A program made the translations under genes and the position numbers. Below, in pieces: positions 13,501 through 26,545 of a stretch of 64,000 nt of DNA. Origin of the DNA: Lama glama. Its lineage: Eukaryota. The stretch covers positions 8,930,001 through 8,994,000 of the forward strand of contig CM052816.1 of NCBI GenBank assembly GCA_028534125.1. The letters run 5' to 3'. Under the pieces are notes generated by a model that was not told where the DNA came from, did not search any database, and saw only the letters and a program-made list of their open reading frames with translations. Each line of letters opens with the position of its first letter. Within the stretch, counting starts at the first letter, position 1.

Positions 13501-15270
13501 AGTGTTGGGGAGAAGGGGTGAGAGCTATCAAAGAAGAAAAAATGAGCTAGAGAAAAAGATGGAAATAACAATTATTAGGCACCTGTGATGGGCGAGGCAC
13601 TGGGCACTGGGCAAATAGTACCACGTTGCAGCCTCCCAATTCTGGGTGTCATTCTTCCTGCTTTACAGACTAATGGAACAAGACTTAGTGGGGTCACTAG
13701 CCTTAGGGCAAGAGAAGCCCAGAGGCTATAAGCACCTGTAACAGTGGAATTGGAGATGGAGTAGGAGGAGGGGCAGAAAAGGCTTCTTGGAGGAATGGAG
13801 CAGTGGTTATTCAATTTTCCAGTCTTACGTGATTCCAAAATCAGTGCTTTCTCCATCTTTGCAAATAGGAGAATCCACTTAGAAAAGAGTGGAAGGTCAG
13901 AGCTACAGAAAAGCCCAGGACTGGGAAGGGGTGAAAAATTAGACAAAATGGAAGCTGTCTGTGGCTCTCAGGAGTGGGCTTTCAGCAGAAGGCATGATTG
14001 GAAGTGAGACTGCTGGGAGTGAAAGAAGTGTGTGGGAAGAAACAGGAGGCTGCAGTGTGCATGTGTGTGCAGGGAGGGCCTTATTTTTTTGTTCAATTGC
14101 AAGTTTTTTTCAGAAGGGTAAGAAGGGCATGAGAAGCTAATGGTATCCAAAAACAGGATTGTTTTTCTGAACGAAAGATCAGGATGGAATAATGATAGGC
14201 TCTTGGCAGAGGGCAGGGAGGGAGGAACTTACTTGGCAGGGTGTTCACCCGTGTGAGAAGAGGGGCTTGAAACTGATATTTGAGAGAGAGGCAGAAAAAC
14301 CCTGGGTGGAACAAGGAAATGGAAGCAGTGCCCAGTGATCAGCAGAAGCCTCTACATGGAAGGGAGTAAGGTTAAATCCTATACATACACCCACTGCAGA
14401 GTGTGGCTAAAATCTAAGTAATTATATTTGATAAATGTAACATTGATCTTCCACTGAATGTTTCCTAAGCCCTGGCTTACATGCATTACCTTTTCCCATG
14501 ACACTCCAAATGAGATGAAACATGTTCAGAGAAATCAAGTAATTTGCCCAATTCATACAAGATCATACAGCTAGAAAGTTGTGGTCAAAACCTTAATTTG
14601 ACCATTCTCTGAACCACCTGGCTCTACTGCATCTCCAGGTTGACAGAGATGACTTCATGGAACATGGGTGAGCATTCCTTTCAGAAGATGAATAATTGAT
14701 AGAAGGAATAGAGAATGAACTCGGGTGTCAGGGAAGAGATACAGGAATTCATAACCTTAGGGACAGAAGTTGGGCAATGAGTCATGGATGGGAGCTTATC
14801 ATAGGAGTGGCTACAGGCTCCTTGACCAGTAGAAGCCATGGATGGGGAAGATGTGGCTTTCCTAGTATAGATCTCAAAGCTGGTCCAACAGAGGCAAGAC
14901 ATAGAGTGGGTTCGTCTATCATCTCTTGAATAATCAAAATCTCATTTAATAAAAAGCAGAGCTTCACATTATTTCCTGAGTTGCCCAGGAGGCAATACGA
15001 CCTCCCAGAGAATATTGCATGCAGCAAAAGAAACTCCCATCTTGGGCTGAATTCAACTAGCTGAAAAAGAACTTGCTGTGAAGTGGAAAGGAAAGGAACT
15101 TTGAGGAAATCGATCGCTTCATGTGAGCTAGGCAGATCAGACATAACCTCGGACATTAAGAAGGCATATTAAAAAATAAGAGAAAATTTAGACCAAAGAC
15201 TTTAAAGCAAAAATAGCTTGAGAAGACTGGAAAGTTCACAAAAGCAAAATTGTAAAGACCCAACCATGGC

Positions 15271-15414
15271 GGGGAGGGTATAGCTCAGTGTAGAGTGCAT
15301 GCTTAGCATGCATGAGGTCCTGGGTTCAATCCCCAGCACCTCCATTTAAAAAAAATGATAATAATAATAAATAAATGAACCTAATTACCACCTCCACCCT
15401 GAAGAAAAAAAAAA
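15271..15414 (+). mobile_element. tRNA-derived SINE (camelid vic-1-like)
   Basis: A box TAGCTCAGTG, B box GGTTCAATCCC, A-rich tail; same family as 8156-8282. Confidence 0.88.
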
Positions 15415-16384
15415 CTGGCCTAGGCACAACCATAGTCAGTAGGCACGAATAAATAGAATAAATAAGAGAAAATAGATGTGTTGGAGTATATATCAGTAAT
15501 TTATCAGTCACTCAGAAATGCCCATGTGATGGTTCAGTTACTGCAGGTCAGAGATGGATTTCCAAGAGATAAGCACTATGAAGGAACTCCAGGATACAGA
15601 GATTATGATATGGTCCCTGTCTTTGTGTTGTACAAAGAGCTGATTAGCTCAGTTCTTAAAACAGAGTAGGGACTCAAAAAGTGTCCTCAGAGTCAGACCA
15701 GCTTGGAGCCAGTAGAATTTTATTATGTTGAGTCTGATAAAAAAGATACTAATTATTGCAACAGCCAGCATTTATTAAATGGGTCCCCTATGCTAGGCAT
15801 TGTTTGAAGTATTTTTCATACATTTACTTTTTATAACAACCCCAAGAAATAGGTATCATCAGTGTCCATATTTTATCCTTGTGAGGATAGAAAATTGAGT
15901 GACTGGTCCTGTAGAAGGTGGTGCCTATAGAGTTACCTTTACCAATGGCTGATTCTCTAAGTATGATATTCATGAGTTAGGAAATCCTGCTGGAAGACTT
16001 TGATTATAATTTAAGTGGTTTCTGTGTCTGTTGCTTCATCATATAATCCTGCTTTACTCATGGGAAGACACATTTCCTGTTAGAAGAGAAATACTACTTC
16101 CCAGGTTTGTTTTCATTCCTGAGTCAGTTGACTTTGATGCTGAGATTTTATGCTGTAATTGCTACTGGAGATCTGAACAACAGTGCAGTTGTGATGTGAT
16201 GGAGGTGCCCAGACCTGGAGCAGGAAGATTTGGTGTCCAAGCCCTGCTGTAGGGCTTTGGCAGGTCACCTGCCATCACAGAGATAGCCAGCAGCAAGCTT
16301 AAGATCAGGACTTTGGTTCAAACCCAGCTGTCTCTCACATGGTGAGTGACTGTACAAATTAATGTCAGTGACCTAATCCTGCTA

Positions 16385-16772
16385 TTATGAACTGAGTTGT
16401 GCTCCCCACCAAATTCATTCATTGAAGCCCCAACCCCCATGTGACTACATTTGGAGATAGGGCCTTTAAGGAGGTAATTAAGTTTAAGTGAGTTCATAAA
16501 GGTGGGCCCTAATCCAATAGGACTGATGTCCTTATAAGAAGAGGAAGAGATACCAGATACCTCTCTCTCCGTGCGTGCACAGGGAAGAGGCCATGTGAGG
16601 GCACAGTGAGAAGGTGGCCATCTACAAGCCTGGAAGAGAGGCTTCACCAGAAACCAACCCGGATGGCACCTTGATCTTGGGCTTCTAGCTTCCTGAACTG
16701 TGGGGAAATACATTTGTTGTTTGAGGCATCCAGTCTGTGGTATTTTGTTTGGCAGCCCTAACTAACTAACAC
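16385..16772 (+). mobile_element. ERVL-MaLR solo LTR (MLT1A-like)
   Basis: Hallmark strings: tttggagatagggcctttaaggaggtaattaag, gggccctaatccaatag, cagtctgtggtattttgtt. Confidence 0.85.
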
Positions 16773-18350
16773 ACTGCCAAACCTGCTTTCCTATGAGGTG
16801 GGGATTAATGATAGTACCTGCTCATAGACCCACCCCATTGCTTGTTCTGAGAGAAGCCCTGTAAAAAGCTGAGTGCCTTGATGATTTCAGTTGTTAACTC
16901 TTGCCAGTTTTCCTCCCCAGTCTCCTGGGCATGACAGTCACACTCCCTACATGGTAGATATGGGGTTGAAATGAGACCTGTACTTCTTAAACCTTCCCTG
17001 ACAACAGAAGAGAGTGCACACACACACCCAGGGATATGGGCACAGTAAGAAATTTCCACTGAAATGATTTTTGAAGTCTTAGATTTTATCTTAAAAACCC
17101 ATAGATTTTGCATTCTAATTCATATATAGTTGTGTTTGCTTTAATTAATACAAGGTTTGCAGTAACTTCTAAAGGTAGACAACTGAGGATCTAGACAGCG
17201 GAGGGTCCTGTGTGCTTTGGTCACTTCACTCAAATTTGAGAAGGCCTTTATAAGTCACAAGAACTGTTCTGATGTGAGGATTTAGTAGTAGGTATTTTTA
17301 AAAATCAGTTAATTAATCAACTTGGGGTGCACTATACAATATGTTTCATATTACCAATTAACTAATGAGACCACTGGTTGTGAGCTCCTACTGTGTGCCA
17401 GGCACTGGTGTCAGCAGAATGACCACTCAGATCCTCTCCCAGCCTTCTGGAAGCTTACATTCTGGTAGGGTAGGTAGACACTAAACACAGAGTCAGATAA
17501 CTAACTCTTAGAGTAACGGCACATTGTGCCAGGAGCTGTGAAGGGGAAGGAAAGTAGGCTAGGAATGCCTGCAGCAGGGGAGAGGGTCAGAGCCCTAGGA
17601 CATTGTGAGTACTAACAGATTCCTGGGGAGTCTGGCTTCCTAGCCGAGTGCTCTGGAGGCAGCCTTCTTAAGTGAGGCATCAATTTTTAAGCATTTTAAA
17701 CTAAGTGAATTATTGTCACCCTTGATCTGTCAAGGAGGACATGGTCTGTTCTCCACAGTTCTGGGTAGGCGAGGTGTGGATTTTTGTACTGGGGACCAGA
17801 CGGGGTTGGATGTGATGGGGTGGAGGGCAGTGCTCTTTGCTTTGTACAGTGTGGGAGGTGGGGATGGGAGACTGAAGGACATTAGACATGCCTCTTCTCT
17901 CTTTCTCTTTCTCCTCCCTGGCGAGTGTATGCTCTTTGCAAACTTGTCCAGGAGTCAGTTAACAGGTGAGAACTGCTTTACAAATCACATCCTCTGTCCC
18001 CAAAGAGCCAAATGGAAGTCCCCTCCATTTTCTGCTTGTCTTTCCAGCTCCCAATAGGAGAGAGTGATGCAGCATTTTGTGTTGGAGATGGTGTGGGTGG
18101 GGAAGTTGTCCCCAGCATCTTGAACTGCAAGTCAGGGGTCCCCTACAGCCCTCTGAACTCTGGCTTTACCTATAATAGGAGTGTAGGGAGGTTACCCTGA
18201 CACCTGCTCCTGTTCTCATCCCTGCCCCCAGTGCCCTCCTAATTTCTTCCTCACCCCTGGCCACTCCTTTATTTCCCCTTGGAAGCCTCAGCACAGCAAA
18301 CTGGTAGATGGAGGAAGGGTGTAAGATTGTAGGGAGGGGGAGGAATTTTC

Positions 18351-18352
<2 letters not shown>

Positions 18353-18397
<45 letters not shown>

Positions 18398-18411
18398 GCC
18401 ATAATAATAAT
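18353..18411. repeat. (AAT)n microsatellite
   Basis: About 14 perfect AAT units plus an interrupted tail. Confidence 0.95.
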
Positions 18412-19129
18412 GCTTCTCATGTTGGTACAGCACTCGCCAGTTTACCAAGTGTATTCATACCTGTGAGCTCCTTGGACTCCAGAGGTGAGGAGTTAGGACC
18501 CTGGTGTTCTGATTCCCAGCCTTTGATACTGCCCCCATGTCCAAGCAGGCCAGTTTTTTACAGACATGAGCCCACTGAGGTGTCTAGGTCTTTACTTAAG
18601 CACAACCCCCATCCCCCATGAACACCTTCTCTTTGCTCCTGTCAGTTACAGTTTCAACAAGCCTGCACCATGTTTGTGAAATTTTATCAAATACTTTCAT
18701 CATATATTCTCATCAAAAAAGAGTCCAATCAGGAAGAACCTCAGATACCATCTAGTCCAACCCTGTCACTAGCCCAGAGAGGAGAAGGGACAGGGCTAAG
18801 GTCACACAGCTTGTCAGGAACCGAGCCAGGTCTTGGGCACACCCTGCGCCCACCCACACGCATGCCTGCTGTTCCTCCTCCAGATGCCCTGGGTAGCTGC
18901 ACACTTCGGTCTCCTGGGGCTTCACAGCCTGCTAATAGTAGGGCCTTCACATGTCGGGGTGTTTCGGGAGTGTGACTGGTCAATCTTATTCTACCCTTGG
19001 GAGGAAGGGGAGGGAATGGAGTAGGAGGAGCTCGCTGTCCTCAGGAATCTCCTGGGGGATTCTTTTATGAAGTTAAGACTGAGTGTATGAAAACTGGTTT
19101 TACACATAGGAGGCGACTCAGCTCCGGGA

Positions 19130-19760
19130 CATGAGTCCCTAACAGACCCCAGGCTGCCCCGGCACAGGAGGCACCTGTACACACAGCACCGGGCTTTCAA
19201 CCCACCCAGACCCCGCGCCCCTTCTGATCGCTCCTGGCCGCCCCCACCCCCCGCCCGTCTCTCCCTCCTCCTCGTCGCCCGCCTCTAGATCGCCCAGTTC
19301 TCCCCTCCCCAGCCCACAAAGCAACAAGTGCTGGCGCTGCGTTTCTTCTTACCCCGGCCTCGGTCCATGGCGCCGGCCGATCTCGCGGAGCAGGGCGCGG
19401 TGGCTCCACCCGGGCTGGCTGTTGCGGGCGCGCGGCACTCTGCAGTCCAGCCCCGCGGGAGCGCCCTTCGCGCGTCCCCTCCCCCGACAGGATGCTCCCC
19501 CGGCGCCCCCGCCCGCCCTTGCACGCTGCTCCCGGAATAGACCCGGAGCCCGCCTCCCCCCACCAACCCCCGGGCCGCCACCGGTGTCCCGCACACGCCC
19601 GCGCCACGCCCTGCCTTCTGCAAGCCTTTGCGCCCCTCCGCGAGGGCCTGGAGGACCAATGTCCCGGTTCACACACTTGCCCGCACAGACCAAGGCGTTG
19701 TTCAGCTCAGCTTTCACTCCGCTAGTGCCGGTGGCTTACTAGCGCACTTCCCAGCCCCAG
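19130..19760 (-). promoter_or_regulatory. CpG island / AFAP1L1 promoter and 5' UTR with GC boxes
   Basis: Dense CpG and high GC against a CpG-depleted background; CCCGCCC motifs. Confidence 0.88.
19353..19368 (-). CDS. AFAP1L1: AFAP1L1 first coding exon (ATG GAC CGA GGC CGG G; MDRGR/), followed by an intron running past base 1
   Basis: Strong Kozak GGCGCCATGG, GTAAGA donor, inside a CpG island; recalled human AFAP1L1 starts MDRGQV; AFAP1L1 is the known downstream same-strand neighbour of ABLIM3. Confidence 0.85.
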
Positions 19761-20120
19761 ACTGTTAGAACGTGTTTTTCTCCAATGGAATCAAAATCTC
19801 TTTCCCTGCCGCTGCCACCCATTTCCTGGCTTTGGGTTTATCTTCTCCATTCAACAGGTCTTTCCTGAGCACCTTCTAGTGCCAGACAGTGAAACAAACC
19901 CTATGCTGGTGCAGTGTCAATAGTGGTGTCAATGAGGAGTGAAATAATAATAATAAAGATCTTTAAAAAAATAAAACCACCTAGGAAAAGGAGAGAAAGA
20001 GAGGATTGCTCAAAGATGAGCAGTGGTTTGGGACACTTCCGACTTTTGAGGTTCCCTGTGTACTACAATGTGAAGAGTGCTGACACAGAGTGATAAAACT
20101 GTGAAAAGAATGAACAGGGC

Positions 20121-20154
20121 TTTTGTTTGTTTGTTTGTTTGTTTGTTTGTTTTT
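20121..20154. repeat. (TTTG)n microsatellite
   Basis: Direct inspection. Confidence 0.9.
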
Positions 20155-21390
20155 AGCATATAAATTCAGTGCAATGTAAGTGTGCTTGTCCCCAAATGAT
20201 TACAGGATATAGAAAAAATATTGCTCTGGCCAGTATAGTCAGGAATGGGATTTAAGTTTAAAGTTGTATGAAGAATGTTAACATCTTTCATCCTATTAGT
20301 GTGTCTCTGTGAAAGTAAGGCTAACCCATTTATAGACAGTATGAAATGTCTATATTTAAGACCCTTCATAAAGTGAACTCCAGGCTTAATTCTCCTTCTA
20401 GGCACTCCTCCTCCCCAAGATAGGTCAGGTCACAGTTTGCAGGTTTGACTAGGCCATCTCTTTACTTAGAACATTCTGGCATTGGGACCACCTTGTGCAA
20501 AGACAGAGAGACAAGGAAGGGCCTGGGAAAGAGCGTCCTGCATTTTCCTGGACTGGGAATATTTTCTCCATTGCTTTGATGGGCAAGTTGAAATTAACCC
20601 TGGCTTTGCCAAATTGCATCAGTAGTTTGTTTAGTATGTCTGTGTGTGAGCACAGAAGAAATACAATGTAGTGAAAAAACCATAGGATTGGAGTCTGAAA
20701 ACTTGTGTGTGAGCTCCTACTCTACCACTTACTAAGTGTATAACTTTAAGCCTATGAGGTTTGCTTGCTCATCTGTGCTATGGGAAACCTCATGCTGACC
20801 TCCAAGGCTGTTGGGAGAGCAAATGAAATGACAGTACAAATCCACTTTGTAAACCGTAAATAACTATAAAAATGTGAGCCATTATTATTTTCCAAGTTCT
20901 TCTTTGTTCTTGCCTACTTTTCCAATTTGAAAAGGTCAGTTTAAATTCTAAAGCAGACAGCCAACAATTTACAAGTGGATTAACTTCCAAAAGTTCACTG
21001 TTTGAATTCTGAAATGCTTGGAAACAAGGCTATAAATTGTAGTCAAATTCCCAGGCTAGCTCATTAATACTTTAAAAAACATAACTATTTCATTTGAAAT
21101 AAATTTTAAAAATACATAAAACGTAACTATTACAAGAACAGTTGGAGGCTTTGGTAGATTTTTAGATGCTTCAGAAACTTTCAAAGACTTTGAGGTTTAT
21201 CAGAGAATTGGAAAAGAAAAAAGAACTAAAGGGAATTTATATGTATCTACAGAATAATTTATGGAGTGGAATTAACTGAGCTGTGGTCTAGGAAAGATGT
21301 AAAAATGGGAGAACAGTCTGCACAGCTCTAAGGATTAACAAAAAAGCTGCTGCAAAGGTGTAGTGGTTCAGGTTTAATAATTACCCATAA

Positions 21391-21409
21391 TGTCCACTAG
21401 GTGGCACTG
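21391..21409 (+). promoter_or_regulatory. CTCF-like binding motif TGTCCACTAGGTGGCACTG
   Basis: Near-consensus core CCACTAGGTGGCAC at 21394-21407. Confidence 0.7.
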
Positions 21410-24400
21410 TTGACTAAATTGACTACAGCTTGGTTGCTGTTGGGTAACTGAATGATAGATGAGGTGGCTATTTGTGGGTTTGGGACTAGGAATAACTATA
21501 TATATTTTTTCTGTGATTTTCCTTTAATTGGGTCTATATTAACCATAAAAACTACGCCCACTTTTCATCAGTTCACTTAGGAATATTTGTTACATTCTGT
21601 GCCAATTCCTCTTGGAAGAAGTAATGCTAAATAGGCATGATCTCCGTACTCAGGAAATCAACAGTCTAGTAGAGGAGATAAATATGTACAAAATAATTTA
21701 ATTAAAAATTATTACGTGAAAAGTATCAGAGGAGAGATAAAGTGCTCTTGGAGTTCATTAAGACAAAGCAAGAACTCACTGATCATGGAGACAGTAATGG
21801 ATGACAGACATTTGGGTGAGCCTGCAATGAGGAGATAACATTACAGGCAGAGAAAACAGTGAGAGCAAAGACACAGAGATAGAAAACTGCAGGATGTGTC
21901 TGCACAGCAGTTTGGTTTGGCTAGATTGTAGGGGCCGGGAGGGAAGCGCTGGACCGAGAATGGGGTTGAAGGTTGTGGATGCCGATGCCTGGTCTTCTCT
22001 TCCCCTTTCCACTTCGCTGTACAAATGCAACTCTTTAGAAAGGATTTTAAAGATCTGCCTCATATCTTCCCTTTCCTTATTGTTGTACTAGGTTTTCGAG
22101 GTTTGCCTGGTGCTTGTCTGAAGGTTTGTGTGGAGAGCTTCAGCTCTGTAAAAAAGATATCAAGTTTGGTCTCAGTGAACAATTCCAGGAAAAAAGCTTT
22201 CAGCTCCTGTATGCTCCCAGTCTTGTGAAAACAAATGATATTCCCCAGTCTCATTCTTAGCTTATCAGGTGGAACTGGGAAGCCCTGGGAAAGAAAAATT
22301 TGGAGGCTAAACGTCCTTTGTCCCAGTGAGAGAAACATACTTTAGCTTTCTAACTTGTCCCCTTGCCTCCAGGTCTGCTTCCATCATGGCCACCAGAGTG
22401 TCCATTCCACAGCTCCAGTCAAATCCCCATTAAAAGTATTTGTGGCTCTCCTTTATCCCCAGTGCAGAGTCCAAATTTCTTATTATAGTCTTTGTGGTGC
22501 CTTCTTCACTGAGCCCGAACCCACCATTCCTCAGAATAGATAAACAGCGCTCTCAGGAGATCCTGGGAAGAGTAGAAAAACTACAGGTTAGGGGTTCAGA
22601 TCTGGGTTCTTGAACTGACTCTGTCACTGTGTGACTCTCCGTTCTTCCATCGGGTCATCATTGTTTAACTTCCTACTTACCTCTCTCCTTACCTCTCCCC
22701 GGCCCCCTAGATTGACAGCGCCCTGTGTCTTAACTCGTTGCTAGATCCATAGGGCCTAGCACAGTGCCCGGCACCTAGTAAGTGGAGAAAGTACTGTGGA
22801 GTGAGTCAGTGAGTAAATGCTCAAGGACTCATGAGGCTTCTATTAACGCAGGTATCCTGGGTGGGGGGTTCCCTTTATCCTCTGGGATTGTATGTTTGCT
22901 TATTTATTTGCAGAAGAAAATGAGATTGCAATGAAGTGCAGCCTCACTGCCTGCCACTGCAGACATGCAGCCCAGCCCACGGCACTTCTCCTTGGCTCAG
23001 GGCCCGCTCCTGAACCCCTTTGTGCAGGGTGAGCCCCAGAGCCCTTTGCTTGAGTGTCTGCCCAATGCTGGTCGCTAGATGAAAACCTCTCTTGTTCCAC
23101 TTAGCACAATGTCACCATTATAGCTCCTATCCAGGGAAATGACACATGCCTGCTAATTCACCCTGGGCCCCGGAAGGCAGATAGAGATCTGAATGGCGGC
23201 TGCTGGGAGAAGGAGAGTTTCACAGAGGGATGAAAACCCCTCCTTTTGTTGCACCTTCAGGTTTTGGTTCCAGGGCACTGGGCTCCTACCTGCACCCGGG
23301 TTGCAGGCTCAGCTTTAACTGTCACAGCCCAGGGCACTGTTGCATCTGGAGGAAAAGGAGCTTTTGTTCTTGTGCCCCAGTGCTGTGTGCCCCCTCCCCT
23401 CCGGTCCCTCCTCAAGAAAACAGCACCCTTGGCTCCTTAAGTGAGGCTCACAGGCTGAAGTGCCCACAGAGCCAGGCAGGGGAGGTGTGTGTGTGAGCTG
23501 GCTACCTGGCAAAGCAGAGCACTCTTGTTCCATCTGAAAGGCCAGGAGCCAGCAACTCAGACCAGCATGGCCAATGGGAACATGGGCCTGGAGTGACCAG
23601 ATCTTCAGCCTTTTCAGGAGAACCTAGGAATCCAGATTTCAGCTTTTGATTTAGAAATGTTGGTAACTAAGTCAACTGTTTTAAAACATTGCAAGGGCCA
23701 AATAAACACCCCAAACACCTCTGTGAGGTTAATCTGGCCCATAGGCTACCCCTGTGGAACCTGAGAAAAACTGTGGGCTTCTAGATAGCCTGTCCAGCTG
23801 GGTACCTCTACCTGAGGGCTGAGGTGATAACTCAACCCTTCATACTGCAGCAGGGACTAACTCTCTTTTGAAAGGCTGCACTGCATCACCTCTCTTCATC
23901 TCTAGGCTGCAGGCTGACACCAGTTTGTAGAAGTCCAAAGTGAATTTCTTTTTTTTTTTTTTTCAAAGTGAATTTCTTAAACCTGGAACTAGAAAAACTT
24001 CAGAGCTGAAAGGAGCCCGAGAGATTAGCCAGTGTGGTCCCTTCATTTGTCAGATGAGGAAACTGAGGCCAAGAGAGGGGAAGAAATCATGCCTGGAATC
24101 ACACAAGATCTTACAGGCAGAACCAGGAGTGGTGCCCAGGGCTCTAGACTTGGTATCTGGTGTTCAAGTTCAGGCTCTGCCACATACAGCTGTGAAAACT
24201 TGAATGGGTTACTTAGCAAAGGCTCAGTTTCCTCATCTGTAAAATGAGGATGAAAGTACCAGAGAACTAGCTGAGATATGTAAAATGCTTAGTGCAGAAG
24301 TGTGAGTTATTGTAATCAGTGTGGGTTTCCTCCAAAGACACTGTCAGATGCTTATGGAAATATTAAGGAACACTGAAATCTCAGCCGCACATCCATGCTG

Positions 24401-25447
24401 CCCCCTGCAGGGAGTTTTATGTAAATCAAACCATTGGAAAAGTGATAGATTTGCCAGCTTCCACCTTCTCTGTAGAAACACCTGATACCCTTGGACAGCG
24501 GAGCTTCCAGCTCCTGTTACCCACAGAGTCCAAGAAGGGGTGGCATTTTGTAGTAGGTATATTTTTAAAAATTAAACAGTGCTATTATTTTGTCAGAAGG
24601 ACAAGTTGCTTAGGACAGTTTCTGCTAGTCCAGGGGGCAAGATCCTGTGTGTGAGGCAGTCACATATCTTGTATGACAATACATTCTTTATCCACAGGAG
24701 GGCTTTGGGAGCCAGGAGGCCTTCGGTCCAGCCCCTACAAGAACTTTTCACGACTGACTGAGGCAGATTTTGACCCCTTCACATGTGCCGCTCGGCTTCC
24801 CTGGTGAGTCCCACCGCCTATCGCTTGCTCCCTAGGGGCAGATGCCCGTGCTAGTTAAACGGGGATCACATGATCTCCCACACAGAGAGCAAAGCTCTGC
24901 ATATGAGACTCCACTGTCAGTATTAATTCACTCTGGGAGCCAGTGTGTTTGTCACGACTCCTTTGGTGGCAAGTGACATAATCACAACTCAAACTGGCTT
25001 AAACCAAAAAAGGAATGTGTTAGCTCTGATGCTAACTGGGGATTTGAAGGGTGAAGCTGGATTTCAGGCAAACTCAGATCCAGGAACATGAACAGTGCTT
25101 GCTACTTTCTTTCCATCTCCTGACTCCACCCTCCTCTGTTCAGTCTTCATCTTCAGGTGGTGTCTCTTAATCTGTGCCAAAGGCCACAAAGCTCCAAGCC
25201 TGCACACGCTTACCAGTTGAAATTCCAGGTAAGAAAGGCTTGCCTCTCTTGCTGTAGTTCCAGCACCGGCCCAGACAGGGCACTGATCATCTGGGTAAAC
25301 CACCTGATCTAAGAGCCAGTGAGATGCTGAGCAGTCAGTTGGACCTCCCCTGCAGGCAGGTGCTGTGCTGGAAGCACATCATTCAGTCCTTACCACCTAA
25401 TGAAATGAGTGCTGTTATTCCTATTTTGCAAATCTAATTTCATGTGG

Positions 25448-25890
25448 TGTATTAGTTTGCTAGGGTTGTCATACCAAAATACCACAGACTGGGTGGCTTA
25501 AACAATGGAAGTTACTTTTCTCCTGGCTTAAACAGTGGAAATTAATTGCTTCACTCCAGTATATTTTAGTTCCTCAAATACACTGGAAGTCTGCAATCCA
25601 GGTGTTAGCTGAGTTGTTTTCCTCTCAGGCCTCTCTCCTTGGCTTGCAGATGGTGGCCCTCCAGCTGCCTCATTACCTGTTCTTTTTCCTCTGTGCACAT
25701 GCACCCCTGTGTCCTCATTTCCTTCTCTTACAAGGACACCAGTCAGACTGGAACACGCCCATCATCATGGCCTCATTTTAACTTACCACCTCTTTAAAGG
25801 TCGCATCTCCAAATACAGCCACATTCTGAGGAACTAGGGGTTAGGGCATCAACATATAAATTTCAGGGGGGGCACTCTTCAGCCCATAAC
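25448..25890 (-). mobile_element. ERVL-MaLR solo LTR (MLT1A/B-like), carrying a small templated insertion
   Basis: tgtattagtttgctagggttgtcataccaaaataccacagactgggtggcttaaac ... ttcagcccataac. Confidence 0.85.
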
Positions 25891-26267
25891 GCTCCCTAGT
25901 AAATGGTGAGGGTGAGACTTACAGTTAGAGGCGGAGCCTAGCCATGGTGCTGTCATTTCCCTGCTACAGCTCATGGTGATGCCCACTTAAGCGAAGTCTT
26001 TACAATCCAGAGCAGCAGGGAAAGGGACGGTATCCAATGAGAACCTTAGTGTGATGTCCCGGGAACAGCCTGGTGGTATACGGGAGTCTTGGCTCCCCAA
26101 GGTGGGTTGGGGTTAACTGGGCCCGGCTTGATTGTCAAAGTACTTGTGTTTTCTTTTCTCTGAAGCATCTTCAGATTGTTTTCCCTTTGGCTTTCCAAAG
26201 TCCAGCCATCATGAAGAAACTAGGCAGAACAAATCTTTTCTCCTCTCCCACTTCTGTCAAAGAGAAG

Positions 26268-26545
26268 ACATTTCCCAAAGTGTGGGATTCAGACTCATGG
26301 TGAATATGGGAGGTAAGTTTAGATGTTACCCAGGTCAAAACATTTGAAGAGTTACGAATTTATTTGAATTTGTATTAAAAGCCTTAAACTGGTCCTTATC
26401 CATATTTCACTGCTACTGATACATAGAAAAGTCAGGTATGAGTCAATTGAAAGAAATACATCACATAAATAGCATTAAGTAAATAAATAATCTGATGAAA
26501 ATTGTGAAGGTTGGTATCTGAGTGACTGAAATTCGGGAAACACTG
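26268..26545. mobile_element. Old hAT-Charlie-like element
   Basis: Ends catttcccaaagtgtggg and gggaaacactg resemble Charlie TIRs. Confidence 0.45.

Noticed and set aside
15271..15345. tRNA-Ala-like gene
   Set aside because: Followed by SINE body and A-rich tail, with a second family copy at 8156-8282; it is a SINE head, not a tRNA gene
18166..18420. Poly-Ile ORF resembling a signal or transmembrane peptide
   Set aside because: Translation of the (AAT)n microsatellite
1..19352. AFAP1L1 exon 2 (recalled VLEQLLPEL...)
   Set aside because: Not found by eye in the window; presumably lies left of base 1
19197..19742. Several overlapping 100-160 aa ORFs
   Set aside because: Stop-codon scarcity in the CpG island; only the 16-nt AFAP1L1 coding exon has Kozak, donor and homology support
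24481..24502. REST/RE1-like motif (ctgatacccttggacagcgg)
   Set aside because: Only the right half-site resembles consensus; left half is poor
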